Below are positions 13,801 to 27,301 of a DNA stretch of 64,000 bases, one piece after another; within the stretch, counting starts at the first letter, position 1; every line of letters begins with the position of its first letter. The stretch is taken from contig CM102286.1 in the NCBI GenBank assembly GCA_046563655.1, positions 14,446,001-14,510,000 on the forward strand, in the 5' to 3' direction. The notes below the pieces were generated by a model, which worked only from the letters and a program-made list of their open reading frames with translations, ran no database searches and was not told the DNA's origin. The stretch comes from Yuukianura sp. NJ FZ-2021 (taxonomy: Eukaryota). The position numbers were made by a program, and so were the translations under genes.

Positions 13801-16800
13801 TAGCAGTATACTATATCTATACTATATACCGCATCGACTATATCCAACATACTCTCATAGTATAGCCACGGGTAAATTTGCATAAATCTGCAAAAGTTAG
13901 GGTGTTACGGCGAAGAGCCTAGTTTTACCTGAAAAACTTTTTTGTTCCGGATATTTCAAAAATTTCTAGATAATGTGTCCGCAGTATTAGCGAGAAAATA
14001 CGGTAATTGTGAAACAGCTTTGCATTTGTACTTTGAATTGAGTTGTGTTCCGTGTTGTTACTTTTTTTGTGTTGTGTTTGCTGTTATTGGTTAAACTTAA
14101 TATACAGAGTTTGAGCAAGTTGGAGAAGATGAAGATGATTGACCATGATGCATACTGCGATTACCTCAAAGATGTGAAAATGCTGGAAGGGAATCTGAAC
14201 TTGATTGATATGATGACGTTTCAGACGAGCAGTGACGTAAATCCGAATGCTCATGGCTTCATCCCAGGGATGCTCCAGGACTCGGCTGGCAACAGTTACA
14301 ATGCCTTCATCCACCAAAGTCAACTTCCAACACAAATTCCCAAGACTTTCAAAGTGGCTGCACCGATCCTGAAACCATACACGGCCCAAACGGATTTTGC
14401 AAGTTTGGATAAGAAGATAAGGGGACAAATTGACGGCAAGAGTCCAAAAGCGACAACGAGCAAAGGAGACGAAGGACTGAGGCTACTCATGTCACCATGG
14501 CAACAAATGATGTATGTGCCCACTCAACAGGCTCTGGTTGTGGACAGGATGCACTCGGGTGCTCGTCGCTATGTTGTTTTGGATTTTGGTTGTCCAATAC
14601 TTCTTACTGACTTGTTGATCCCACCATGTCCAGATTTAGCATCTCTGTCAATTGATATGTGGCTAAAACGAGAAGATATGGATGGCCAGAGACTCGTCGT
14701 GGCATCAGATATTGCCTGCAAACCGCTGATTTTCAATGATATTCAACCTCCTCCTATCTGCAGATATCTGAAGGTAAGGATTTTGAAATTTGAAATTTTA
14801 GGAAATTTTGAAAATTGAAAAGTTAATTTGAAAAATACTGTTTCAGGTGACAACGATTGGACGCTATGGAATGGGCACCATGAAATGCAAAATTCCGCTG
14901 GGAATGTTCTATGGACACAGTGCTATTCTGCCGAATGACATTGAGATTGACGGTTCGGAGCCACGAGTGGATTTGCCAGTTCTTTCGCCTGTCAGCACGC
15001 CAGCACATCTTTCAATTTTGGCGTATGTGCTGGAAGATATTGGATGTCGCTATCAATTGGCTTGTGGAAAACTGAAGAGACTGCTGGAACCACTGGCGAA
15101 ACCGGAAATTGCTTCGATTGATCACATTTCGTACTTCTTGCCTAAAGGGAAGGAGAGAGCGAAGCTTGGACTTTCTTCTGGATCAGACCAAACTATACTT
15201 GCGTCCTATCAAGTAATTTTGAAAAACGAAAGAAAAAAGTTTCTTTTTATGATTTTGTTTCATTGTTTTCGATTTTTGTTGTTTTTAGGAGTGCATTACC
15301 CTACAGCAGCAGCTGAATGTGACGAAGAATGTGATCTTTCGTTTGCAAAGATCTTTGGAACCGTATGCTGCTATCCTGGAAGTTGAGAATCCAATGTCAC
15401 TGTTACCCAAAGTTCCTACAGACAAAATACGCTTACTCAGTACGTTCATAGTGGAATCGCTGCTGGGCATTAGTTTCATGTCGTCCAACAAAATACTGGA
15501 GACGGTAAGTATTTATCATTTTTCACAAAAAAAAGTTTGATTTCAAAAAAAGTTGAGCTTTTTACTTTCTTTTGAACTTTTTTTTCAGATTCCTTATCCT
15601 CTGTACTCCAACATGACCCAATCAGCTTGTTCTGATCTCTTCCTAAACATTTGTGTACTGGAGAATACTCAGTTTCAACATGCTGCCTGTACTTTTCTAC
15701 TAAGAACGTGTGGATTCCAGCCATGGTGGGGCAATTTCCTCACTTCTACGCTCAAAAACTTGTTTTCTTCCACCAATACTTCTGTTTTTCCACAAGATCG
15801 GTAAAGGCACAAACTAATTTTGAAGATTTAAGATTTTGAAGTTAGTGATTTTTTGAAATTTTTTCATTTTTAGACTTTTTACTCTGATGGTGTACTTGAG
15901 TCAGAGAGTGTCTTGGCTTGGACAGAAAGCAACGGTGGTAGAAAGTACAATGAAGTTACTGGAAGAAATTGTTTCGTCGGGAGATGAAAGTCCTGCCGGA
16001 TTCACTCGTGCTAAAATTGACATGAACTTATTGGGCTGGACAGTCATGTTTTTGTGCCTTAGTTTGGACGGCATGACCCATTCGGCCTTGAAGTCAGAAG
16101 AAGGCAGAAAACTCAAACGAGGAAGAACGAGTTGTAAGTTAAATTCGAATTTTAAAATTCCTGGTTTCTGAGAATCATTTTGTCTGTTTGCAGCGATTTA
16201 CATCGCTTCGAGATGGAATTTTATCCAAGGTGAGAGCATTCTGCATGAGAGCTTGACGGACAATCTCAAGTCTTCGGGATCGACGAGCATGAAACGACGA
16301 ATTTCTAAGAAGATTGCGACACTGAAACAGAAAGTCAATGACATCGAGGATCTTCCGTCTGACTACAGTTCAAATGTCATTGCCTTGGCGCCGTTGCCCG
16401 GAGCTCAAAATTTGAATGCTGTAAGTTGATGAAATTCTTAACAATGTACTTGGAAAGTCAACATTTCTAAGGTTCTTGACATTAAATTTTGACATATTTT
16501 TTTTTGTTTAGAAAAATGTAGCTAAAGCTGGCTGGAAACTGGATCCTGGTGGACTTTTTGTGGGAAAGGGAACAACTGCGAAGGTAATCAAAAACAAATT
16601 GTTTTTGAAATTTTTATTTTGGAATTTTCATGTCTTTCTGCTGTTTTTTATTTTTGTGATACGTGATTTGTGTTTTTTTTTTCTTTTTTTTTTGTAGAGT
16701 TTGCAAGATCTGCTCCTGGGAAAAGACAAGCGAGACAATACACCGCCGCTCAAATCGGGCCGAGAAGGAAATGAAGTTTCAGATATCGAACTCAATCTGA

Positions 16801-19800
16801 ATCTGAATTCTGGCCTTTGCTACAGTTTGTCCAAAGCCCTTGGTTCCTTTCTACTAAAAATGGACTCAACTTGTCACTCTGACATTTACTTACTACTTTG
16901 CAAAGCACTGGCTCGAATATCCACTGCATGTCGACCAGCCATGCGCCTTGGAGAAATTTTCACTGAAAGCCAAATTCTGCAGTTAGTTCAAACTGGAGTG
17001 GGGAATGACTTTGTGAATCAAGTCAACTGGTCTTCCTCTTGGATTTCACATGCTATCATGTGCCTTATACAGGATCTTCTGGACGGTAAGGTTGAAACAT
17101 AAATTTAAGTTATGTAATTGTTATGTTATCTAATTGTAATTTTTGGTGTTATGATTTACTAGGTGAGAATCGATACCCGGAATCCTCGGAAAGGAAAATG
17201 GAAATGTTGACAACGGAAGAATTGGATCGAGTTTTCTTTGGAACGAGTCGCTCGCATGAAAAGTTAAGCGAACCGATGATGGTGGATGCAACGGATGTTG
17301 ATGGAGGTGATTTTAACTAACTTTGCTTAAGCTTAAGTTTACTTTGGGATTTACTAATCTAACTTTGTTTTTATAGAGAGCGATGGACTTCAGACAGTGG
17401 CGCCGTCGCAGTCAAGCAGTGCAACGACCATGATTTGTGTTGAATCTGAAAGCGATTACGAGAGTCTCGATGAGTACTATCCATTTGGATCTCATGAGTC
17501 AAAGGTCATGAGAAGTTCAAGGCTGGCCATGGAAGCGAAAGATCAGTCACAAGCATCCGGGTAATTTAAGAAACTAATTTTTAACTTTTAGCTTAACTTA
17601 AGTTTTAACTTTTAACATTTTAACTTGACATTTCAGACTTATGTCTTCATTGGATTCGAGATTGGACAGCGGAATTGATTGTTCAACGGAAATTCGACTT
17701 CGGATGATCAGTGCTATTCAGGCGGAAGTTGTTGTGAGGTCACTTGGAGATGGAGTTGAGGTAAGATGCGTTTTCAAGAACACGTTTTCTGGATGCTGCC
17801 AATATAAACTAATGTGCTGTCAATACTTTCAGGTTCCAGCGGAAGTACTGCGAAATGTAACGACGAGATTGTCGTCCAGTGGTTTGGATCAACCCATTCT
17901 ATTTGGCGACTCGAACTCTTGGTATTTCTTGTCACTTTGTTTCGACGAATTGTTTCGCATGATGGCACATGAAGTGAGCAAAGGATTTTCAACTTTTTAG
18001 TATAATAGAATTGTCAAAAGTGGTAACTTTGTGTAAATTTTGTTTTTGCAGAATTGCAGTGTGAACATTGAGAAAGTGCTGCTGTTTTGGTTGAACATCG
18101 GCAGGGAAACGATTGACACGGCAACTTGTCAGCCCAAACTCACTATCCCTTTAGATCCTGCGGCCATCAGTGGACTAATCGCTGCTTTGGCACGGTTTGT
18201 CTTTTCTTTTCTTTTTTAATTTAAACCATGTATCAGTTTGTTGTAAAAATGATGTAAAATGTGTTTTTTTAAGAAATGTTGGAATCGGTGTTGAAGATTG
18301 GGGATTAGGACTGAAATGTCTTGGACGATTGGTCAACCAACAACCCTCTGCTCGTATTTCAATTCCCGTTGCAATCATGACTGATCCCAACTTCCCGGAG
18401 ATGATACTAAAATTTATCTCTGGGTCCGGAATGAATCTCATGAGAAATCATGTACCTGCTGTAAGTACTTCTTGCTAAAAGATTAAAATCTTTTTGAACA
18501 ATTTCAAAGTTTGATTTGTAATTTGGACATTTGTGAATTTTAGATGGGTCCAACACTTTGTGAAGATTTTGATCTGTTCTTCAGCCGCTTGTTTAGTTCG
18601 ATCAAAGGAATGCCATGGGTCAACTACCTTCTAGAACTGCTTTTGCGTGTTTTGAGTGAATTTGTGTCCGGACCGTTACTGGGATCAGAGTTTCCGCTAG
18701 ACGCTTTCAACAAGTTTTTAGACATTTTCATGCGATTTGAACAAGATTTGACAACAACCAACGCTGCTGTGCTCATCAGTGTCGTCAGTCACGTTTGTGA
18801 GTTGAATTTTTTGAAATTATGTTTCGAAATCGAAAAAAAATGATGGTTTTGATATTTTTTGCTCTGGAAATTTTAGCACATGCGCTGCATCGACATGTTT
18901 GCTTCCCGAACAAAGTTGCTGTAAAGTCAAATGCAGAGTTGAAAGGAGCTCCGGCAGCTACAACTTCTAATGGACTGCCGCTGATTGGCTCAATTAGTGA
19001 AAGTTTTAGGAAACCGCATGACACGGAGTCACTCTTGGTCCGTCTCCTGTCCCTTCTGTCTGACATTATCACAATTCGTAAAAAATCGTCTGAGGTAATG
19101 TTTCTGAAATTTTAGAATTTACTTCAAAATTTCAATTGATTCATTTTGATTTTTTTTGTAATTTTGAAGGGAGCGAAAGAACAAGAGAAAAAGCTGAGAG
19201 AAATTAACTTCCCAAGGGATTTGGCAACGTTTGAGGAATTTGTGGAGGAATATGGAACGCCAGGGACTGCTGGAAAAGTTGACCGAATTGCTGATCTTGT
19301 GGTTCAGATGGACACGACCATGATGAGACTCTTTTCAGTTCTGGCGAATCCTAAAGGAAAGAGTAATCTACTCGAAGAAGAAGTTTCACATGCTTCCACT
19401 TTTTGCACAGAAGCAATGCCACTGAGAATTCCTGATTTCATGATCCGTCTCATTTCTCGACTCATGTCTTCCCTCACTGACCAAAAACAAATAGTACAAC
19501 CGCTGTTTAAATTTCTTGCTAGTAAGGTTCCTATTTTGAAGTTTTTTTTTCTTTTCAAGAAAAAGTTTCATTTTTTTGTAAAATGTTTCGAAATTTTATA
19601 TTTTTAGAATCACCGTATGAAGACTACTGCTGTCCATTGATTGTGTCCCAAATGTTTATTCGGACCATTCTGAAAGTGATCAAGGAAGAAGCCAACCTGG
19701 AGGAATTTGTGAGGACGAACTGTATCCAGGTAAAGTCACGGATTTTTATGAAAGTATATTTTTTTTTTCAAAATTTTTTGAAAAAAAAATGGTAATTTTT

Positions 19801-22800
19801 TGAACTGATGATTCAAATCTATGTTTTCAGTCAATCTGCCAAAAATTGGTAGCAAGTTCGAAGCAGTTTTTCAGTAGTTGTCCCACTTTTGCTTCCATTC
19901 TGATGCAATACATTGGACGAGCAGAGAGCACGAGTTTGTTTGGCCAACGAAGATTTGGAAATGAACTGGCTGATCTCTCTGGTGGAGTTATCAACGTAGC
20001 ACCACTTGGTAAGTGTTTTGAAAAAGTTTTTGGAAAACTGAAAATTTTAATGAACTTTTTGTGTTTCAGGAACCATCACGTCCTTGAATTTTTCTGCTCA
20101 TCCTTCCGAAGTTTTACTCCAAGCGAGTCCACCACATCGACGAGCTCGAGCTCCTGTTTGGTCCTACCATTTTTATCCAGAAGAAACTTTTCTGGAACTA
20201 GTCATCACCCTGCCTTGTGCTATTTTGTTGAAAGAAATCCAAATTGTGCCTCACATTTCGTCCCTGGCAAGTAAGTTGAGCTGCACCTTCAAACCAGCCA
20301 TAGGTTAGTCTAATATCGTGGAATTTTTCTAAAATTCGAGTACTAAAATCCTGAATTTTTTAAATTTTTAGCATCTTCCCCGTCTGCTGTGATGATTGAA
20401 ATTTCTAAAGAGCGTCAAAGCACTCTGGTGGCAAAAAGTCCTCCAGTCCAGTGCAGTGGAATGACCGCAATCAACATTCAGTTGACTCAACCGGAAGTGG
20501 GACAAACAGTTTTGCTCAGACTGTACAAACCGAAAGACTCAAATACCCTGGGACTGTCACAAATCAAAATACTTGGATGCACTACGTTCTGTGAATCAGC
20601 CTTTGAAGGCCTCTCGCAACAACATGTTGCCAAAAATGTTCAATCTAGGTAAGAAAAAACATGAAACGAAAAATTACTGTATTTATCGGCGTATAACACG
20701 CACTCACGTATAACGCGCACTGAAATATCATTTTTAATCTCTAACCTAATTTCTAATTTCTAACATAACGCCAATAAGGTACTTTTTAAGTTTTAGAATT
20801 AACAATAAGTTCTCATTTTTTTTTTGAAAGTGCTCAATGGATGTACATTTTGGACCATGCTATTACGGCAGCTAAACCTGAACTGAGAAGCCAAATTATT
20901 GGACTTGCTGTGAATATTCCGGATATCCTGCAAGCTTGTTACTCAATGCTGATGTGTCCAACGAGTGGCCAGGATGGACAAGAATCTTATTTGCCTCATG
21001 TGTCTTCTGTGCTTTTTCATTTTGGAAGTTTGTCTGACATCAACGAACAACTTATGGACGCCCTTCTTGGCCCCGTTCAACTGGCTCTGTCTCATGGTTT
21101 GTTGAAATTCAAAATTAAAAAGTGAAAAGAAGTGCGAATTTTTGAATTTTGTTTTTGATTTTTTAGGGATGACTGCCCATACGAACGTCCAATCAATAGT
21201 GTTTGGATCTTCACAATTGAACACCGTGGTGGAACTCATTTACAAACTGTGTTGTGCTGTTCCAACAAATTTTGGGTGCAACAACCTCACAACGGTCATT
21301 CATTGGTTGGAAAAATGTGCTGATGAAGCTGTCGCAGTAAGTTGTCTTTTTGCTTTTAAGCAAGACTATGCTAAAAAGCAAATTCGGAGAGTCTAGTCCA
21401 GTGCTTGATGTTTTTATCGTTGTTTTTTAGGACGCATCTCAAAGTCATCAGTTGGTTCCGGAGTATGTACAGAGTATTGCAGCAGCGCTATGGTCAGTCA
21501 CTGTGGAAAGGAAGGTGGACGTCAGCGATTTGGTCACTGCAAGGTTGCTACTAAAGTTGCTCAATTGGTCCAAATGTCTCAACTTGAAGAGTGAGCTGAA
21601 AGCGGCAGTGGATCATATGCTCTGCTCAATGTGCTACAACAAACCATGGCTCTTTGTGTACTTGAATTTTGAAATGGGGTTTCTGGAATTTGAGTGTCCG
21701 GAAGGTAAGTTGTTTTTTGGAATTTTGAAATTTTTTGTCTTGTGAATGATTTTGATTTTTTTAATTAAAAAATTTTTTGGATTGAAAATTTTAGATGTTG
21801 AGCTGCAGTCACCAGCAGAGCTGATTGCAATTTGGTATGAAGAGAAATCCATTTGTGAGCGGTTGAAATTAAAGAATTTGGACACTGCAGAAGTCATTTG
21901 CTCTCCACTGCTCATGACATTGGCAAGGGCAGCACATTCTGAACCTGCGGCCACGTTCGTCTTCGAATGTGGTCTACTTACCAAGCTCAATGACATGATT
22001 ATTCGTAAGTTCGGATTTGAGAGATTTTTGGAGTGTTCTGGATCAGCGATTTTTCAAAAGTTCTGATGATTTGTAATTTTTCAGAGTTCCTCAACAATCA
22101 AACTCTGCACTTGACTGGATCTCAACCACCAGAAGCTGCGACAAGTAAGTCTTGTTTCTAGAAATTAAAACTTTTTGTGTTGATTGTTTTTTTGTTTTTT
22201 TTTTAATTTTTTTTTTCAATTTTTCAGACTTTATTTCAACACCGCAATTGATTGCAATTCTGGAATTTTATGGAGAACTTTGCTCAATAACTCGCTTCAA
22301 AGACTGGTTTGGAACGGAGGGATCCGTTTTCTGGAATCCGATACTCCAACTGCTGTCTATGGTTCCTTCAAACATGAAGGCGTCCTGCTTTGGATCTCAT
22401 CTGTACGAACTGGAGTATATTGTGATCCAGTATTTAGCTAGATGCTGCTGGTCACATCCGGAGAACCAAACGTATATTGCCAAACGCCTCTCAGAAATGA
22501 TTGTGACACAAAAACAGTCGCCTCACAGTAAGGATACGTTTTCTAGAAGCGTTCAAAATTTTGGATTAATTTTAATCGTTTTTGTTGTGTGGTTTTTTTG
22601 TTTTAGAAGCCGTTTTCCTTCACTCTTTGTCTTCCTTTTGCCGTCGTCTGTTGATTCAAGTTTTACTTGAAAATGAAAAAATGGTTGTCCATGTAAAGAA
22701 CTATACCACAACAAATTTCAAATCGCCAGTGACAAGTTTGCCGCTCAAAGACAGACATCCGTCGATGGGTGTCAATGGTAAAGACAGGATTTTCCTTGCC

Positions 22801-25800
22801 AGCATTCCATCAACTGCCTATGATCTAATGAAGTTGCTCGGTAAGTTCTGCAAGTTTTCCAATTCCAAAATCGAATTGTGTAAATGTTCTAAGATTTGAA
22901 AATGTACTGGGTTCAATTTGTTATGTTGGTGTTTTAGATCCTGCTGCTGTGACTTTAGTTGAGAAAACACCGACCACTAACATCAATTTGAAAAAGGCTT
23001 GTGACCCAGGCATCGCAGGATGGAATCTAGGCATGGCAGAGAATGTTCATGAGATTGCGTATCCTGGCGGTGGGTATCATCAAGGTCCAATGGCTTACAA
23101 CATGGAGGATGACGTGCTACAGGAAATACTTGGATTTGAAACTGTTGTGAAGATGGGAATGAAAGCAAAGAAGGCTAGAGGCGAAAAAACTCAAGAGGTG
23201 ATGGTCGTCGTGCCTGAGCCGGAGCGGTATCGTCCAAAATTCGTAAGTTTAAAAAAAAAAGTCAAAATTTCAAATGATTTTCAAAATTTTATGAAAGAAA
23301 TTTTGTTAATTGTTGTGAAATAGGTTCTGGAAGCAGAAGAGTTTCCTGATGTCAAAATTCCGCTGGGTTTGAATTTGAGCAAGGTTAAAGCAGTCATTCG
23401 AGAGCAAAATCCGGGATACTTTTTAGAATTGTTGGTGCTTGTTGCAAGAAAAGAGGTTGCAGGTAAGTCGAAGTTTGAGTGAAAAGTGAAAACATTTTAA
23501 CTTTTAGGTGAAAAGTTTTAACCTATGTTTGCTCTTTTTCTGAAGGTCCTGTTCCAGTATCTGAGACTTCTTCTTTCACGGCCATGGACGTAGACGATAT
23601 TGAAATCAACGCTGATACTGAAACTGTTGAAAAAGTTCCTGACATATTCAAAATTCCAGCACTTCCAACAACTATCGAAGTATTTTGTCGTGTTGGAGGA
23701 TTCGGACTACTGGCGAAGCATCTTCCAGTCATCTACCCGGATACTTTGCGTCAAATGTCCGTGGGATCCAAGAGTACTGGAACTGCAGGCACGACTTCTG
23801 GAACGGACAAAGGTGGACCATTGTTGGTGGTGGACAATGATTGGGTAAAATTGGAAAATCCGGAAGAATTTTATGAGGTACGTCTCTATTAGGCAACTTT
23901 CGGAAAATTTATAAAATTTTGAACTTTTTTGGTAGGAAAATGATGCTGGAGTGCTGGACAACATAGTGCCGTCTCCCATGCAAAGTAGAGCGTTCAGTAT
24001 AAAACCGGTTGGAAGTGTACCTGGAATTCCACCGCACTCGATGGCAGCATTTGGTTTGTTCCTGGGGTTACCGAAGTATTCTGAAGTACTGTTGAGAGAA
24101 AGAGTTGGAGCTCAGTGTATGCTGCGATTGGCGATGGGTGTGACAGACGATGCTGATGGAAATGACATTTTCTGTTCGGCGGTGGCAAAAACTTTACCTA
24201 CACTTCCGTTTCAAGTTTTGAATCAACTGCTGGATCTATTATCGCTGAAATCAGATGAAGGAAAGCATGTGAGACAGGCGATGTTTGAGTGTAAAGCGAT
24301 TCACTTCATTCTGGCATGTTTGGCAATATTTACGCATCAGCCGTGTGATCCCGTGTTGGTTCCGAGTGTACAACATGAGGTGAGTTATCACCAGGGATGT
24401 CAAACATATTTAGTCTCCATGCCCGTAATGTTAACAAAAAAATATTTGGGGGGTTTTCGTTTCTAAATATTTATTTATTTGCCCATGCCCTTAATGTTAA
24501 ATAAGTAAATATTTGGGCTATTTTTAAAAAACATATTTTTTTGTCCATATTTCGGGGGTTTTTAGCACATATGTTTGACATCTCTGGTTATCACTCAAAA
24601 TTTTAAAATGTGCAAAATTTTGAAAATGTGTTTTTTGAAAATTTTTGTTTTTTGTTGCAGTTGGTTTTAGCAGCAACTAAAGCTCAAGGAGAGTATCCTG
24701 GCAAGTGCGACAAGTCGGATGACAAATCACATGTATATTGGGCCAAAGGTACTGGATTTGGTACTGGCAGTACTCAGGAAACTTGGAATGTTGAAAGAGC
24801 CATGGAGAAGCGTGTTGCAGAAGAGGAAAATGTCACTTGTCTTCTACTCGTTTTGTCCAGCTACATTTGTCCGCAAGTATCCTCTCAACCTGCTCTGTTT
24901 TCTAGTCCAACTCCATCCAGCAGTTCGTTAGTGGAACTTCCACAAGAACTTGAAGAACTCCTGCAAATTTCTTGCCTCTTTACCACCATTTCCTTGTATT
25001 TGAAAAACGATTCAGGTAATTTTTGATAAAATTTTTGAATTCTTGAATTTTTGAAATTTTGATTTTGATTTTTTTTAGTTCTGGATATGGCAAGACACAT
25101 TCCTCTCTATACGGCTGTCCTCCAGTTTCTCCGATCTATTTTGCATATCCCACAACTTGTTCCGCTTTTGGATCAAAAGAAGTCCAAATCCAGTGGAAGA
25201 GATGATCAAAAGATTTCCACACTTCTGCATCAAATGAAGACCATTGTGGATAGTTACTCCAAAAGACTGCAGTAAGCTTTTTGAAAAACAGAATTTTGAA
25301 GTATCGTAAATCAAAATTTTTAAAATTTGCTGATTTGTTGTAGGAGCAATGCAAAGAAAGGGGCCAAGTCAAAGAGCAATGAGAGCAAAGTTGACGAACT
25401 TCAGGATGAAGGTCTCGCTAAGCTGATTGAAGATATCAAGTCAACGGCGACGTTGGTCGAAGTGGCACTGAAGGAAGAATGCCCAGAGTCGACTGGTGAC
25501 GAAGATGGGTTTGCTACTGCTCAAATTGAAAAAACTTTGGAAGATGTTTACCTTGAGGAGATGAAGAAACTGCAATTTGGTAAGAAGAAACTAAAAGATT
25601 CAAAAATTTAAAACTTTAAATTTTTGTTTTACAGCGTTTTTTGAAATGTTGGTGGAGGAGGAAGAGAGCGTGAGCGGAGTGAGGTTCACGGTTTCTCATT
25701 TCTATGAAAACAGCATTAGAACGAACTGGTCTCGAAGTGCCCCTGCGAGACTCAAGAGACTTGCACAGGAAAGTATTACTCTTTCGACGTCACTTCCGAT

Positions 25801-27072
25801 TGCCTTTGGAAGTACAATTTTCGTACGCTGTGATACTGATCGCCTTGATGTCATGAAGGTAAACGCAACTTTGACTGTCGATGTTGAATTTAAGTATTTA
25901 TTTATTTATATATTTTATTTTATGCATTTATTTTATGTTTTTTAGGTTCTGATTACTGGACCTGCTGGCACTCCTTACTCAAATGGTTGCTTTGAATTTG
26001 ATGTGTACTTTCCAATGGAATATCCCAATGGTCCTATGCTCATTCACCTACAAACTACTGGAAGGCAGAGGATTCGATTCAATCCCAATCTCTATGCGGA
26101 CGGAAAAGTTTGTCTGAGTATTCTCAATACGTGGCATGGACGCCCAGAAGAGAAATGGAATGCACAAACGTCCAGTCTCCTTCCGGTAAGCAAAAATTTT
26201 TGAAAAGTTGTGCTGATTGTAGGAATTGCAAAGTAGTTTTATTCATCTCTGTTTGGTTTTAGGTTCTTGTTGCAATTCAATCTCTGATCCTAAATGCGGA
26301 ACCGTATTTCAATGAACCCGGGTACGAAAAGTCACGTGGAACGGATGGTGGAGAGAAGAGTAGCCGAGAGTACAATGCTGGAATTCAAATTGCTACGCTG
26401 GAATGGGCCATGTTGGACCAAATTCGACATCCTTCAGTTTGCTTCAAAGACGTTAGTTGGAAATACTCCTGAAATACTGCCAGCATTCAGTATTCCGTAC
26501 TGGGATTCATGGTTGTGTGTTATTGTACAGGTCATTCACAAGCATTTCTGGCTCAAACGAAACGAAATACTGTCCCAGTGTGAGCAGTGGTACGAAGAAC
26601 TGGTTGTCACTTGTCGAAATGACAAGAGAGTTGGGAAGTCAATCACCGGGAATTCTGACCCTGTTACCGTCTTCAAGGTGAGATTTTAAAAAAAAAAAAC
26701 TTCAAAAATGCACCAGTTTTCATAAAATTTTGATTTGTTTTAACTTTTTTTTAGAACAATCTAAGTCTTCTCCGAAAGGAACTCCAGAACATGACTCCTC
26801 CTGCTGGTCTTGAATTCTTAGCTGACAGTCTTCCACAAAACCTAGAAAGTGAACTAGGATCTGCAGAGTCCAGCACAAGCAGCAACTCCGTTTTTGAAAC
26901 AAGTATGGACGGGACAGCCGGAGGTGCTACGGAAAGTGGCCCAACTCCAGTCGTTTTTGAAGAATTTGTTGAATCTGATGTCGCCGTCATGTCCATTCTG
27001 AACAATCTTCCAGAAACAGAAGATGGAGGAGATCTGGATGAACCAATGCTAACGGATTCTGAAACTTCATAA
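7856..27072 (+). CDS. BIRC6: Baculoviral IAP repeat-containing protein 6 (Bruce/Apollon), giant E2/E3 hybrid with many short introns
   Basis: Spliced BIR domain at ~8800-9230 ([55 protein letters not shown]); conserved internal motifs [15 protein letters not shown] and [16 protein letters not shown]-terminal UBC domain ([29 protein letters not shown]); stop at 27070-27072. Confidence 0.95.
8870..8949. repeat. Tandem duplication of ~40 bp filling a BIRC6 intron within the BIR domain
   Basis: CCAGCACTTCAAA(A)TACTTGCCAATTTTTAACCAGTATTG x2. Confidence 0.9.
11177..11342. repeat. Intronic array of GATCAGCTGATT(AC) motifs (~5 copies)
   Basis: The motif recurs with ~35-40 bp T-rich spacers in a BIRC6 intron. 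Confidence 0.75.
12579..12784. mobile_element. MITE, pogo/Tc1-mariner-like (CCGTA termini, TA target-site duplication), in a BIRC6 intron
   Basis: TA|CCGTATTTCCT ... AGGAAATACGG|TA inverted termini, plus sub-terminal TAATACGC/GCGTATTA. Confidence 0.8.
13715..14003. mobile_element. MITE of the same CCGTA/TA family, in a BIRC6 intron
   Basis: TA|CCGTATTTTCTCGC ... GCGAGAAAATACGG|TA, a perfect 14-bp inverted repeat. Confidence 0.82.
20677..20781. mobile_element. Degenerate/truncated copy of the CCGTA MITE family
   Basis: TA|CTGTATTTATCGGCGTATAACACGCAC resembles the left ends at 12579 and 13715; the right end is decayed. Confidence 0.5.
24392..24586. mobile_element. hAT-type MITE with an exact 8-bp target-site duplication, in a BIRC6 intron
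   Basis: Termini CAGGGATGTCAAACATAT / ATATGTTTGACATCTCTG (one mismatch), flanked on both sides by GTTATCAC (24384-24391 and 24587-24594). Confidence 0.88.
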
Positions 27073-27301
27073 TTTCTACCACCACCTAAATACTACACTA
27101 AACTTATAAATTTTGATACTCTTCAATCTAATTTATCTTCCTAAATGTTTACCTCGTAAATTAATTTTTGCTACTTGGCAAAATTTTATTTAGACTTTCT
27201 CTATTTAGTGGTAAAGTCTTTGTGTGAATACATATATATTACTATTTCTTCGAAATTTTGAAACTTTGTGACTATTTTTTATTTTTGTGAACACATTAAG
27301 T

